From Ignavibacteriota bacterium (GTDB lineage: Bacteria > Bacteroidota > Ignavibacteria > UBA10030 > CAVZMI01): a DNA stretch of 30,394 nt. Under the pieces are notes generated by a model that saw only the letters and a list, made by a program, of their open reading frames with translations, was not told where the DNA came from and made no database searches. The stretch lies in assembly GCA_963776275.1 (NCBI GenBank), contig CAVZMI010000035.1:1-30394 (forward strand), written 5' to 3'. Both the position numbers and the translations under genes were made by a program. The first letter of the stretch is position 1. Every line of letters begins with the position of its first letter. Below are positions 18,194 to 27,363 of this stretch, piece after piece.

Positions 18194-18787
18194 ATGACCG
18201 CAAATGATGCACAGGAACAGCTTGAATTCATAAAAAAGGTAATGGAAGAGACCCGTCGGGATATTACCGGTGACGGAGTTGATTTCCTGCGATGGGGGAT
18301 ACTATCAACGATAGGTGTATTCTTGACATATTTCTACGTTCTATTTAGATGGCCGGATTTTCATATATGGATCATCTGGGTGGTCGTTATCGGACTGGGG
18401 TGGATATTTTCGATACGAAGCTATTTGAAAACCCGAAAGGCAAGAGCGACATCGTACACAGGAAAGCTTGTCGGAAGAATCATTGGCGGGTACGGAGTTG
18501 CATCAACGATACTCGGATTTTTATGGACCAATGTTTGGAGCATATGGTCAAATTATATTGTGGCGGTAATATCGGCAATCCTCGGCGCGGCATATTATGG
18601 CACAAGTCTGATATTCGGATCGCGCTGGATGGCAATCTTTGCAGTCGGTTGGTGGTGCGGCTCAATTATTATGTTTGCGTTCCCGGTTATGCATACATTG
18701 CTCCTTTTCGGGGTCATGATGATTTGTTTCCAGGTTATCCCCGGATATACAATCTATCGGGCAAATAGAAAAGCGGTGAAATCATAA
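18194..18787 (+). CDS. Multi-pass membrane protein (about 6 TM) with N-terminal amphipathic helix
   Basis: GAAGGG RBS; hydrophobic segments; clear paralog of 22682-23278. Confidence 0.8.
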   Translation: MTANDAQEQLEFIKKVMEETRRDITGDGVDFLRWGILSTIGVFLTYFYVLFRWPDFHIWIIWVVVIGLGWIFSIRSYLKTRKARATSYTGKLVGRIIGGYGVASTILGFLWTNVWSIWSNYIVAVISAILGAAYYGTSLIFGSRWMAIFAVGWWCGSIIMFAFPVMHTLLLFGVMMICFQVIPGYTIYRANRKAVKS

Positions 18788-18790
18788 ATA

Positions 18791-19087
18791 ATGAAAGATT
18801 TTGATTATCAGCAGCTCGACGAGATTATTCATTCGCGCATCCGCCTGGCGATCATGACTCTTCTCGTCTCTGTCGAACAGGCAGAGTTTACATTTATCCG
18901 CGATAAAATAAACACGACCGACGGAAATCTGAGCGTTCATATGCGAAAACTGGAAGAAAGCGGTTATATAAAGACGCAGAAGCGATTTGTCGACCGGAAA
19001 CCGATGACTTCGTTTTCTATTACCAGGAAAGGTCATGAAGCGTTTGAGAAGTATATCGAGCAACTCGAGAAAATGATCAAGGAATAA
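18791..19087 (+). CDS. Winged-helix transcriptional regulator (HTH_34, MarR/ArsR-like)
   Basis: 'LDEIIHSRIRLAIMTLL...TDGNLSVHMRKLEESGYI...KPMTSFSITRKG' signature. Confidence 0.9.
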   Translation: MKDFDYQQLDEIIHSRIRLAIMTLLVSVEQAEFTFIRDKINTTDGNLSVHMRKLEESGYIKTQKRFVDRKPMTSFSITRKGHEAFEKYIEQLEKMIKE

Positions 19088-19109
19088 AAAATATTTTTTT
19101 TCACTATAT

Positions 19110-19131
19110 ACTTTATAATTCAAAGTACTTT
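19110..19131 (+). promoter_or_regulatory. Second operator copy
   Basis: ACTTT-ATAATTC-AAAGT-ACTTT, same architecture as 18154-18175. Confidence 0.75.
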
Positions 19132-19152
19132 ATTATTGGAAAGGAAGTCGTT

Positions 19153-19941
19153 ATGAAAAAGCAAATGACTGTATTTGCCATCTCGTGCTTGTGCGCCATC
19201 TCTTCTCTCATGGCTCAACAGCAGCCGTCGTTGGCTGATATTCTTTTTTCAACGTATGCAACGATCGAGGAAGGAGTCGAACAGAATAACAAGGGAGTGC
19301 TGATGCAAGCCCGCGCCACCCTGGAGCAGGCGCTTAATGTGAATCCTGAGAATCCGTATGTCCTGTATGCCATCGGTTTCGCCGAATATCGTATACTCTG
19401 CACCAGTTTTGCATCGAGGGATGATGCATTATTCGGTCAGCTCAGCGACAGCATCATTGTGCATGCGGAAAAAGCGGGATCAGATCCGCGATTGAAGTCC
19501 GATGCATCGGCACTGCTTGGAAGTGTCTATGGGATGAAGATTTCGAAAAACTGGAACGATGCGCCGATCCTCGGTCCGAAAAGCTCACGGTTGTTGGCCG
19601 AAGCGGTTCAAACCGATTCGTTGAATCCACGGGCATGGTTCTTTACCGGTGTGTCGCAGTTCTCGATGCCTGAATTTTTTGGAGGAGGCAAGAAAAAAGC
19701 CGCCGCGAGTTTCGACCGCGCAATCCGCTGTGCAGAGGCGGTTTCTTCAGGCGATTCGCTGCTTCCCCATTGGGGACTCCTCGACGCGTTGATCTGGGGC
19801 GGACGGAGTGCGGAAGCGAACAACGATCTAGCTGCGGCTGTCGCAATGTATCGACGGGTGCTGGAACTTGCCCCCGGGTACGGATGGGTAAAACATGTTC
19901 TCTTGCCCGATGCAGAGAAAAAACTGTCAAGTGTGAAATAA
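19153..19941 (+). CDS. Exported TPR-repeat protein
   Basis: Signal peptide ending LMA-Q; TPR-like helices (ALNVNPENPY, DSLNPRAW, VLELAPGY); 'PEFFGGGKKKA' and 'PHWG' motifs. Confidence 0.8.
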   Translation: MKKQMTVFAISCLCAISSLMAQQQPSLADILFSTYATIEEGVEQNNKGVLMQARATLEQALNVNPENPYVLYAIGFAEYRILCTSFASRDDALFGQLSDSIIVHAEKAGSDPRLKSDASALLGSVYGMKISKNWNDAPILGPKSSRLLAEAVQTDSLNPRAWFFTGVSQFSMPEFFGGGKKKAAASFDRAIRCAEAVSSGDSLLPHWGLLDALIWGGRSAEANNDLAAAVAMYRRVLELAPGYGWVKHVLLPDAEKKLSSVK

Positions 19942-19955
19942 TACTTGGAGGAATT

Positions 19956-22166
19956 ATGCGTTTGTTTTTCATTATCAGCGGAATAGTTTTTCTTCTTCTA
20001 CATTCTTCCGGAATCGCACAGCCTCGAACGACGATCAAAGGAAATGTCCGGGACGAAAACGGTCAGCCCATATCGTATGTGAACGTGTATCTACGCGGAA
20101 CGTACGACGGCGGGATGACCGACGAGCAGGGGAATTTTTTCTTTCAGCCGCAACGGAAGGGAAAATACGAGTTGGTTGCTAGCTTTGTCGGCTATCGCCA
20201 ATACACTGTGAATGTCGATCTCGTCGAAGGAAACACATATACATTTGATGTAGTTCTTGTGAGTTCGGAAGTGCGTACACGCGAGATTGTCGTCACCGCA
20301 AGTTCATTCAGCACCGAGGAAGGGAAAGGACTCGTCCTTTCCCCCCGCGATATTGTGATGACTCCCGGAGGTGCCGCCGACATTTTTCAATCGCTGAAAA
20401 CAATGCCGGGCATCACTCTGGTCTCCGAAAGTGCGGAATTGTACGTCCGCGGCGGAGATCCGACGGAAACGGTCACGATGATCGACAAGGCCACGCTCTA
20501 TCATCCGTACACCTTCGAATCATCCTACGGCGGTCTTTTTTCGAACATCAACACTTCTGCCGTGAAGGGGATGTACTTCTCGAGCGGCGGCTTCTCAGCC
20601 CGCTACGGGAATGCCCTCTCCGGAGTTCTCGACCTGAAGACTAAGTCCGATGCATCGGGTCCTGCTCTACAAGTTGGTTTGTCGATGGCGAATGTCTCTA
20701 TCAGCGGCGAGATGGCGCTGTTTAATAATTTGCTTTCCCTCCATATTGATGGGCGGCAGACTCTTATCAGACCGATGTTTGCAATTAATGGCGGACTCGA
20801 TCGGTTTCCGACTATACCTGTCTCCCGCGATGCGGACCTTCTGCTTCGATGGAAATATTCCGGGAGTGGATCGGTAAAACTCGTCGTGTTTCAGGGGAAC
20901 GACAAAGAAGGGGTCAATGTGGATCTTCCCGAATTCTCGGGTGTGTTCGATAATACATCGTCCAATACACTTGTCAATATTTATCATGAAGACATTATTA
21001 ATCAATCGGTTTTTATTTCGAACAGTATTTCCGCTAATCGATATAAACGCACCTGGCAGCTGGGTGCAATGGACATCGCAATGACCGAAGATGTAAAAAA
21101 AATCCGGTCGGACGTCTCTTTTCAACTCACACCGCATTTGAATGTGCAGAGTGGACTCGAAACCGAATTTCGGGAAACAAATGTTGATGGAACAATCCCT
21201 ATTACCGATTATGAACGAAATATCGGTGCTCAGACAAAAGATCTCGGTGAGCTTTTTCGTTCGGTACGATATGGAGGATTTGGCGAGATTGAAATGTCCG
21301 GCCTGTTTGGAGTTACGGCGCTTATGCTTCAGGCAGGAGTACGGGGAGATTATGTCTCCGTTCTCAATCAGGGATGGGTCGATCCCCGGGTCAGTCTCGG
21401 ATATCAATTGAATGAAAAAGCAACGTTCAGGGTTTCGACCGGAATATTTCACCAGATGTTCGATCCACGCTCGATGCAATCGGCCGAGGGAACGTCGGGA
21501 ATTCAACCGATGAAGGCAGCGCATCTTGTCCTTGGTACCGACTATATACTTGATGAAAACTCGAACCTGCGGTGCGAAGTCTATTATAAGTGGTATTCGC
21601 ATCTTCCGCGCGAGATAAGTTCGCATAAATACGACAACAGCGGTTACGGCTATGCATGCGGGATTGATCTTATTGCAAAAGGGAAGTTAAGCAACAAATT
21701 AGCAGGATGGATTTCATACGGCTACTTGAATAGTAAACGGTTGTGGATGGATTATGACGGACTTCTTCCGAGTCAATATGATATTACTCATAATCTGACG
21801 ATCATTCTCACATACGATATTGCAATGGATTGGCAGGTAGGACTCAGCGCAAAGATGGCGACCGGTTCACCCTTCACGCCGGTTGCCGGAGCAGAGTATC
21901 ACAGCGATAGAAATGTCTATGAGCCGCTCTATGGAGCGACAAATTCCGATCGGCTTCCCACATACAGGCGTGTCGATTGCCGTGTTACTCATTTTTTCCA
22001 GCTCTTCGAAAAGTACTTCACTGTTTTGTATCTGGAGTGCCTGAATATATTCAATCTGGAAAATATTTTCGGTTATACCTACTCACGTGATTTTTCCGAA
22101 AAACGTGTGCTGCCAAGCTATTTTGGCAGCAGGATGGTCGTTATCGGGGGAGTGATCAATTTTTAG
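19956..22166 (+). CDS. TonB-dependent receptor with N-terminal carboxypeptidase-regulatory-like domain
   Basis: GGAGG RBS and signal peptide at ATG 19956 (not 19770); 'IKGNVRDENGQPISYVNV'; plug 'LYVRGG...GGFSARYGNALSGVLDL'; C-terminal Phe. Confidence 0.92.
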   Translation: MRLFFIISGIVFLLLHSSGIAQPRTTIKGNVRDENGQPISYVNVYLRGTYDGGMTDEQGNFFFQPQRKGKYELVASFVGYRQYTVNVDLVEGNTYTFDVVLVSSEVRTREIVVTASSFSTEEGKGLVLSPRDIVMTPGGAADIFQSLKTMPGITLVSESAELYVRGGDPTETVTMIDKATLYHPYTFESSYGGLFSNINTSAVKGMYFSSGGFSARYGNALSGVLDLKTKSDASGPALQVGLSMANVSISGEMALFNNLLSLHIDGRQTLIRPMFAINGGLDRFPTIPVSRDADLLLRWKYSGSGSVKLVVFQGNDKEGVNVDLPEFSGVFDNTSSNTLVNIYHEDIINQSVFISNSISANRYKRTWQLGAMDIAMTEDVKKIRSDVSFQLTPHLNVQSGLETEFRETNVDGTIPITDYERNIGAQTKDLGELFRSVRYGGFGEIEMSGLFGVTALMLQAGVRGDYVSVLNQGWVDPRVSLGYQLNEKATFRVSTGIFHQMFDPRSMQSAEGTSGIQPMKAAHLVLGTDYILDENSNLRCEVYYKWYSHLPREISSHKYDNSGYGYACGIDLIAKGKLSNKLAGWISYGYLNSKRLWMDYDGLLPSQYDITHNLTIILTYDIAMDWQVGLSAKMATGSPFTPVAGAEYHSDRNVYEPLYGATNSDRLPTYRRVDCRVTHFFQLFEKYFTVLYLECLNIFNLENIFGYTYSRDFSEKRVLPSYFGSRMVVIGGVINF

Positions 22167-22241
22167 TGCAAAGAAGAAACGAGGTTGTCCAAAAAGAAAA
22201 TATTTCCGTCAATTCTTCAGACAATTTACAGATGGAGTGTT

Positions 22242-22319
22242 CTTCGGGAGCAGAGCTCCCTCAGAACTGGCTGGTATAGCAAAGACATAGAGCGTTTCGA
22301 GGGAGCTGTGCTCCCGAGG
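22242..22319. repeat. Inverted REP doublet (REPIN-like)
   Basis: CTTCGGGAGCAGAGCTCCCTC and GAGGGAGCTGTGCTCCCGAGG are 19/21 inverted copies, each an imperfect palindrome. Confidence 0.75.
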
Positions 22320-22498
22320 CATATGCGTAGCGGTGAGGTAACAGTTGAAAGCAATTTATTTTTCCTTATGGGTACCTGAAATTTTGTCTTGATACGGTGA
22401 AACAGTACCACCTGGTGGTAATAATTACTTTTTAATCACCTCTTATGTATGTTATTCTCTCGACAACTTCGGCGGGGTCGGAAAGTGAAAGCGGGTAT

Positions 22499-22550
22499 CT
22501 CCCCCTTTATCAAGGGGGTCTACGACTCGTAGAGAGACAAAGAGGGGGTT
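22499..22550. repeat. REP-like hairpin element with 16-bp palindromic insert
   Basis: CTCCCCCTT-TATC-AAGGGG[GTCTACGACTCGTAGA]GAG-ACAAAGAGGGGG; removing the insert restores a perfect 9-bp stem. Confidence 0.65.
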
Positions 22551-22554
22551 CATC

Positions 22555-22587
22555 GAAAGCCACCGCCTTTTGCGGTGGTAATTTACT
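22555..22587 (+). mobile_element. Isolated IS200/IS605-type end (hairpin + short tail)
   Basis: GAAAG-CCACCGC-CTTTT-GCGGTGG-TAATTTAC resembles the GAAGCC..hairpin..TAGTTCAC right ends of IS200/IS605 elements; no transposase nearby. Confidence 0.45.
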
Positions 22588-22681
22588 AGTTCCAAACGGT
22601 GCTGTATAGACTTGACTGGCGGCAGGAAATTATCTATTTTGCTATCGATAATAAAATACCTTTATCTGAAAGGGCATTAAC

Positions 22682-23278
22682 ATGGCCGCACAAGACGCAC
22701 AGGAAGAACTCGAGTTTGTCAAGAAAGTCGTGGAGGAATCGCGAAAGACCATCATTCAAGATGGAGCCGATTTCCTACGTTGGGGGATTCTTGCGTCCCT
22801 CGGGATATTTGCATCGTATTTTTATAATTACTTTAACTGGCAAATGACTCATGTGTGGATCTTTTGGGCTGCCATTGTTGTGATTGGCTGGACATTTTCC
22901 ATACAGAGTTACATTCGTGTGCGGAAAGTTAAATCAACGTCATTTACAGGAAAAATAATCTGGAGCACATGGATCGGTTGCGGCATTGCACTGACGATAC
23001 TTGGCTTTGTGGGGCCGTTAAGCGGGGCATATTCGGCGGTTTTAATTACAGCGGTGACGTCGGCGGTCATGGGAATCGGCTATTATGCGAACGGTATATT
23101 GATAGGCTCGCGCTGGTACATCTTTTTTGCAATCTGCTGGTGGTGTGGATCCATTGCACTGTTCTTTCTTCATAGAATTGAATCGTTATTAATTTTTGGA
23201 TTAATGATGGTTTTTTTCCAGGTTATTCCGGGATATATCTTTGTGAGACAGCGTAGAAAAACATCCGAAGTAGGTTAA
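22682..23278 (+). CDS. Multi-pass membrane protein, paralog of 18194-18787
   Basis: Shared 'DAQE.LEF.KKV.EE.R..I..DG.DFLRWGIL', 'WWCGSI', 'FG.MM..FQVIPGY'; own promoter TTGACT-N17-TATTTT (22612-22640). Confidence 0.82.
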   Translation: MAAQDAQEELEFVKKVVEESRKTIIQDGADFLRWGILASLGIFASYFYNYFNWQMTHVWIFWAAIVVIGWTFSIQSYIRVRKVKSTSFTGKIIWSTWIGCGIALTILGFVGPLSGAYSAVLITAVTSAVMGIGYYANGILIGSRWYIFFAICWWCGSIALFFLHRIESLLIFGLMMVFFQVIPGYIFVRQRRKTSEVG

Positions 23279-23587
23279 TACAGAATTAGAATTTTTCGTA
23301 TATCCTAATTTTTTATTATTCGCCTGTATCTTTATAGAATATTAGGGAGTGAAATATTATAGAATCATCTATCTACTCACTGCCATTGAAACATTTCGTC
23401 TGCTCCCAATTATTTTGTCCGGAGCTCTGGTAACACAATCTTGTCGGGGGATTGAGGAGTGTCGAGGGACATCAGGATTCGACGCCTGCCTGTCGAATTG
23501 CCTTCGGCCCGCAGTAATAGGTTGGTTCTTGAATTTGTATATAGAAGGTGCAATTGCTCTTCATAATTTTCAAAGGGAGTGTCACCT

Positions 23588-26012
23588 ATGAAAAACGTGT
23601 TTAGGATTTTGGTGTCGATAGTTTCTTTTTCCATAAGTATAGATTTATCGATTGCTCAATGGATTCAAACAGATCTGCTCATGTACCGGCCATATCTACA
23701 GTATAGCTCTGAGTAGATCAAATATTCTTGCGGGAACTTCAGGTGGAATTGTTCTTTCAAGAGATAACGGCTTATCGTGGACATCAGTCGGATATGATAT
23801 AATGAGATTGAGTAATTTTGTTCAAGCACTTGCTATCAATGATTCCATGGTTTTTGCTGGTACGTTTAATGGCATTTTTCGATCTAGGGATAATGGCGAA
23901 AATTGGGAATCTGCTAGCAATGGTCTGACATGGACAGCGTCGTATGTTAATTCACTTGCCGTTCAAGGATCTAGTATTTATGCAGGCTCACAAGGCGGTG
24001 GGATCTTTTACTCCGCAGATAACGGATCAAACTGGACGGAAGCTAATAACGGTTTGACAAATTTATATATAAGAGCTCTTGCTGTGAAAGGAACAAAAAT
24101 ATTCGCAGGAACAGATGATGGCGTATTTTTCTCTACAAATGAAGATTTAAATTGGACAAAAGTAAATGATGGATTAGGAAATTATGTCGTGTATGCTTTC
24201 GCTGTTATTGATTCAAGTATCATTGCTGGTACATCGGGTGGAGGTATTTTTGTCTCGATAAATGACGGGATGACCTGGAATCAAGTCTGCAATCAAGATG
24301 ACGCTGGCACCAACCAACTTAACGTGACAGCCTTTACTGTTACTAATTCAAAAATATTTGCCGGGACATGGAACGGCGGAATTCTTCTGTCCCAAAATAA
24401 CGGTATCAATTGGACGAAAGTGAATCAGGGTAGTACGACGTGTCTAGCGAGTCAGGACACCCTTCTTTTTGCAGGAACTTTCACCGGACAAATTTATATC
24501 TCCACTGACGATGGCTTAAATTTTGTAAAAGTGATGGAAGGTGTAAAGAACGTTTATTTGCAGACTGTTGCATTGGCAGGTAACAATATTTTTGTAGGTT
24601 CTTTATGGGGTGCTTTTCTATTAAAACAAAATGCTACCGGTTGGATTCAAATTAACAATGGTTTAAAAAATTTATGGGTACAAACCTTCGCATTCAGTGG
24701 TTCAAAAATATTTGCCGGAACCGGAGGAGGAGTTTTTGTTTCAATTGATAGCGGAGCTCACTGGACGGAAGCAAATGATGGATTAGGCAACAGAGATACG
24801 AGAGCTCTTGCCGTACGTCACTCAAAAATATTTGCCGGTACCGATACAGGCATATTTGTCGCAAATATTGATACCCTGAATTGGAGACGAGTCTCCAATG
24901 GGTTGCCAGATCAACCATATATGTATATTCAATCCCTGGCAGCAAGTAAAAATAATCTATTTGCCGGTATTCTTGGTTATGGAGTGTTTATCTCTTATGA
25001 TGATGGAAATACATGGGAGCAGTGTACGGCAACGGCATATTGTGGCGATATACGGGCAATAGCTGTAGATGACTCCGATATTTTTGTGGGAGCAAACGGG
25101 TATGGCGGTGTATTCAAATCTACAGATGAGGGAATGAATTGGATACAGGTTAATAATGGACTATATAATGGTTTTTCCACTTATGCGGTAAGTTCTCTCG
25201 TTTTCAGCGGTTCAAGAATATTTGCCGGGACTTTTAATGGAGGGATTTTTTGTTCAGACAGGAATGAAGTAAAATGGACAAAAATAAATCTTGGTCTTAC
25301 AACTGACTATATAAATAAGCTAGCAGTCAATGATTCAAGTATATTTGCAGCAACTTATAGCGGTTTGTGGCGAAGATCTCTCTCAGAGATTGTTTATCCT
25401 CTTCTTACTTTCTCTCCACCAACCGTAACTTATGGTAACACCCTTATTGGCACTACTAAGAAGGACAGTATTATCGTTAAGAACACCGGAACAAAAGCAT
25501 TAAGAATAGATTCAATGAAGACACGGACGGATGAATTCGAGGTAATGGTGTCCAATGGGACAACGGCGCCCTTTACCATCGGTATAAACGATAGCCTGAA
25601 ATTCTATGTTAACTTTTCTCCTAAATCAGCAGGAGCTAAAACAGATACTATCTGTTTCTACGATGATGCAGAAGACAGTCCACACAAGATTTCACTAAGT
25701 GGAAACGGGAACACTACGAGAGTGAAAACTGAAGGAAATGGCATCCCTCGTGAGTTCTCGTTATCACAGAACTACCCGAATCCGTTTAATCCTAACACAA
25801 CCATACAATTCTCTCTTCCGAAGACAGCACGTGTTGCCTTAAAAATCTACAACACTCTGGGTCAAGAAGTTGTACAGCTTGTGTCACAACAAATGAATGC
25901 TGGTATTTACACCGTTGAATGGAATGCATCATGTTTTGCGAGCGGTGTCTATTATTATAAACTGGAAGCTGGTAGTTTTACCGAGACGAAGAAACTTGTT
26001 TTGCTGCGATAA
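23588..26012 (+). pseudogene. T9SS-secreted BNR/Asp-box beta-propeller protein + Ig-like (ASH/choice-of-anchor D-like) domain + T9SS type A CTD; frameshift just after the signal peptide
   Basis: ATG 23588 (AGGGAG RBS) encodes MKNVFRILVSIVSFSISIDLSIA-QWIQTD but stops at 23716. The body (~40-aa repeats IFAGT..GG.F.S.D.G..W...NNGL; FSLSQNYPNPFNP...KKLVLLR) is in the +1 frame from about 23679. Confidence 0.8.
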
Positions 26013-26020
26013 AATAAAAA

Positions 26021-26038
26021 AGGGCCGCTGGTGGCCCT
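26021..26038 (-). terminator. Hairpin with minus-strand T-tract
   Basis: AGGGCCGC-TG-GTGGCCCT preceded on the plus strand by AAAATAAAAA. Confidence 0.5.
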
Positions 26039-26087
26039 CTTGTTCGATTTGTAACTTGTTGATGTACCATATTTGTATTTCCTTTCC

Positions 26088-26120
26088 GCCCGTGAGTGCA
26101 CCCTCCGGGCTTTTTTTATT
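26088..26120 (+). terminator. Intrinsic terminator downstream of the T9SS gene
   Basis: GCCCG-TGAG...CTC-CGGGC followed by TTTTTTTATT. Confidence 0.6.
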
Positions 26121-26253
26121 GCTATTCACATAAATAAAAAGCCGAAAATGCTTTAAAACGTGTACGAGAACGTCTTAAAGATTTCGGCAAAATATTTTCT
26201 TCTCGTACTCGAATGAATCTCATTGGGATTCAAACTGAGTACAATATGATTGT

Positions 26254-27027
26254 TTAATCAGCTACAATCGGTAACGAGGTGTTACTTTTTTCCTTTTGTC
26301 TCTTCCTCCATTCTTTATATTTATTTTGGATATCTATCTCCCTTAAATGAAATTCTTCCGGGGATAATGTGCTTTTAAGTTGAAAGAAAGTCTTTTCATT
26401 TGCTTTTTTTAAGGCATCGTTGTAGCCAATCTGTTTGGTTTGTTCAACCATAAATGCGAGACTCTCATCCTTTATTCCTCTACGAACACTCACTTTTTTC
26501 CCTCTGACAATGATTTCACCTTTCCGACTTTCAATTAAACAATCAAGCAATTCCCTCGCTCTTTTATTGTGGTTTTCAAAGATGATATCCGCTCTTTCAA
26601 AGAGTTCTACATCTAATGGGTTGACATATTGGCTAAGCTTTTTATAATAAAATTCTCTTAATTCATTGTGGGTAATTTCTTTCCCGACTGCCCATAAGTT
26701 TATTATTCCTATCAAGAGATTCGCATAGGGTAATGATTTTTTAAATGGAATATTTTTCGGTACTACTACCGATAAATTATTTAAAATCTCTCCCAGTAGT
26801 TTTTTCTCTTCATCTGCCCCGTATGATTCCATATTTTGAATTATATCGTAACTAAGTTTCTGGAGGACAGGCTTATGCTTTCGATGCTTTTCTATCCATT
26901 GTAATTTATAATTCGACCACTTATTCCCCGGTAGTCTCGGTGGATATTTTATATCCTTAATGGGAAAAAGAAGCATTTCTGTTTCAAGAATCCTTCTATT
27001 CCACTTTGAATATCCGAAGCTTCCCAT
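26254..27027 (-). CDS. Hypothetical protein (orphan, basic/helical, AT-rich)
   Basis: Long ORF; ATG 27027 with upstream AGGA preferred over TTG 27114; no family recognised. Confidence 0.6.
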   Translation of the reverse strand: MGSFGYSKWNRRILETEMLLFPIKDIKYPPRLPGNKWSNYKLQWIEKHRKHKPVLQKLSYDIIQNMESYGADEEKKLLGEILNNLSVVVPKNIPFKKSLPYANLLIGIINLWAVGKEITHNELREFYYKKLSQYVNPLDVELFERADIIFENHNKRARELLDCLIESRKGEIIVRGKKVSVRRGIKDESLAFMVEQTKQIGYNDALKKANEKTFFQLKSTLSPEEFHLREIDIQNKYKEWRKRQKEKSNTSLPIVAD

Positions 27028-27208
27028 GTTGATTCCTATATCGTAAAAAGCCCCAACGTCCAGTAGTGGCTTCGCCACAAGCCTGTGTTCGTTTGGGTTG
27101 CGTGTCCCCCTCAAAGTGGGGATTAAAATAATTATATCTATCTGGCGAATTTCTTCTGTTTGAATGAGTAAAACTTATCCATTTTCTTCGATCTTAACTT
27201 GACTTTTG

Positions 27209-27350
27209 CTACCTCTGTTTGTCCATCTTTTCCCAGTTCGGTACGTAAGCGTTCATCATACTCTTGAATAACTTTCCGTGATTGGGCACTTGGAGGTGCA
27301 GCAACTCGTGAACGATGACATATCCATGAAAGCGTGGTTTTTGCAAACTT
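27209..27350 (-). pseudogene. C-terminal fragment of a YgjP/DUF45-like metallopeptidase (not in ORF track)
   Basis: Hand translation ...GYVIVHELLHLQVPNHGKLFKSMMNAYVPNWEKMDKQR* (HExxH + NH + W); no start codon, abuts the stop of the upstream gene. Confidence 0.78.
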
Positions 27351-27363
27351 GGATTTTTAAGAC

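Noticed and set aside
19770-19955. ORF-track N-terminal extension of the TonB-dependent receptor
   Set aside because: Overlaps the TPR gene; ATG 19956 has GGAGG and a signal peptide.
20667-21626. 319-aa antisense ORF, and similar shadow ORFs inside polA, pepF and SpoIIE
   Set aside because: Fully antisense to well-supported genes, with no recognisable motifs.
23349-23634. Short ORFs 23349-23591 (+) and 23410-23634 (-)
   Set aside because: No motifs; they overlap the likely leader and true start of the T9SS gene.
23700-25380. Diversity-generating retroelement or DNA-level repeat array in the propeller gene
   Set aside because: Repeats are diverged protein-level blades; no reverse transcriptase and no TR/VR pair differing only at adenines was seen.
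25929-26129. 66-aa minus-strand ORF (NKKSPEG...)
   Set aside because: Runs across two terminator hairpins and into the T9SS gene; could be an island remnant but is not supportable as a CDS.
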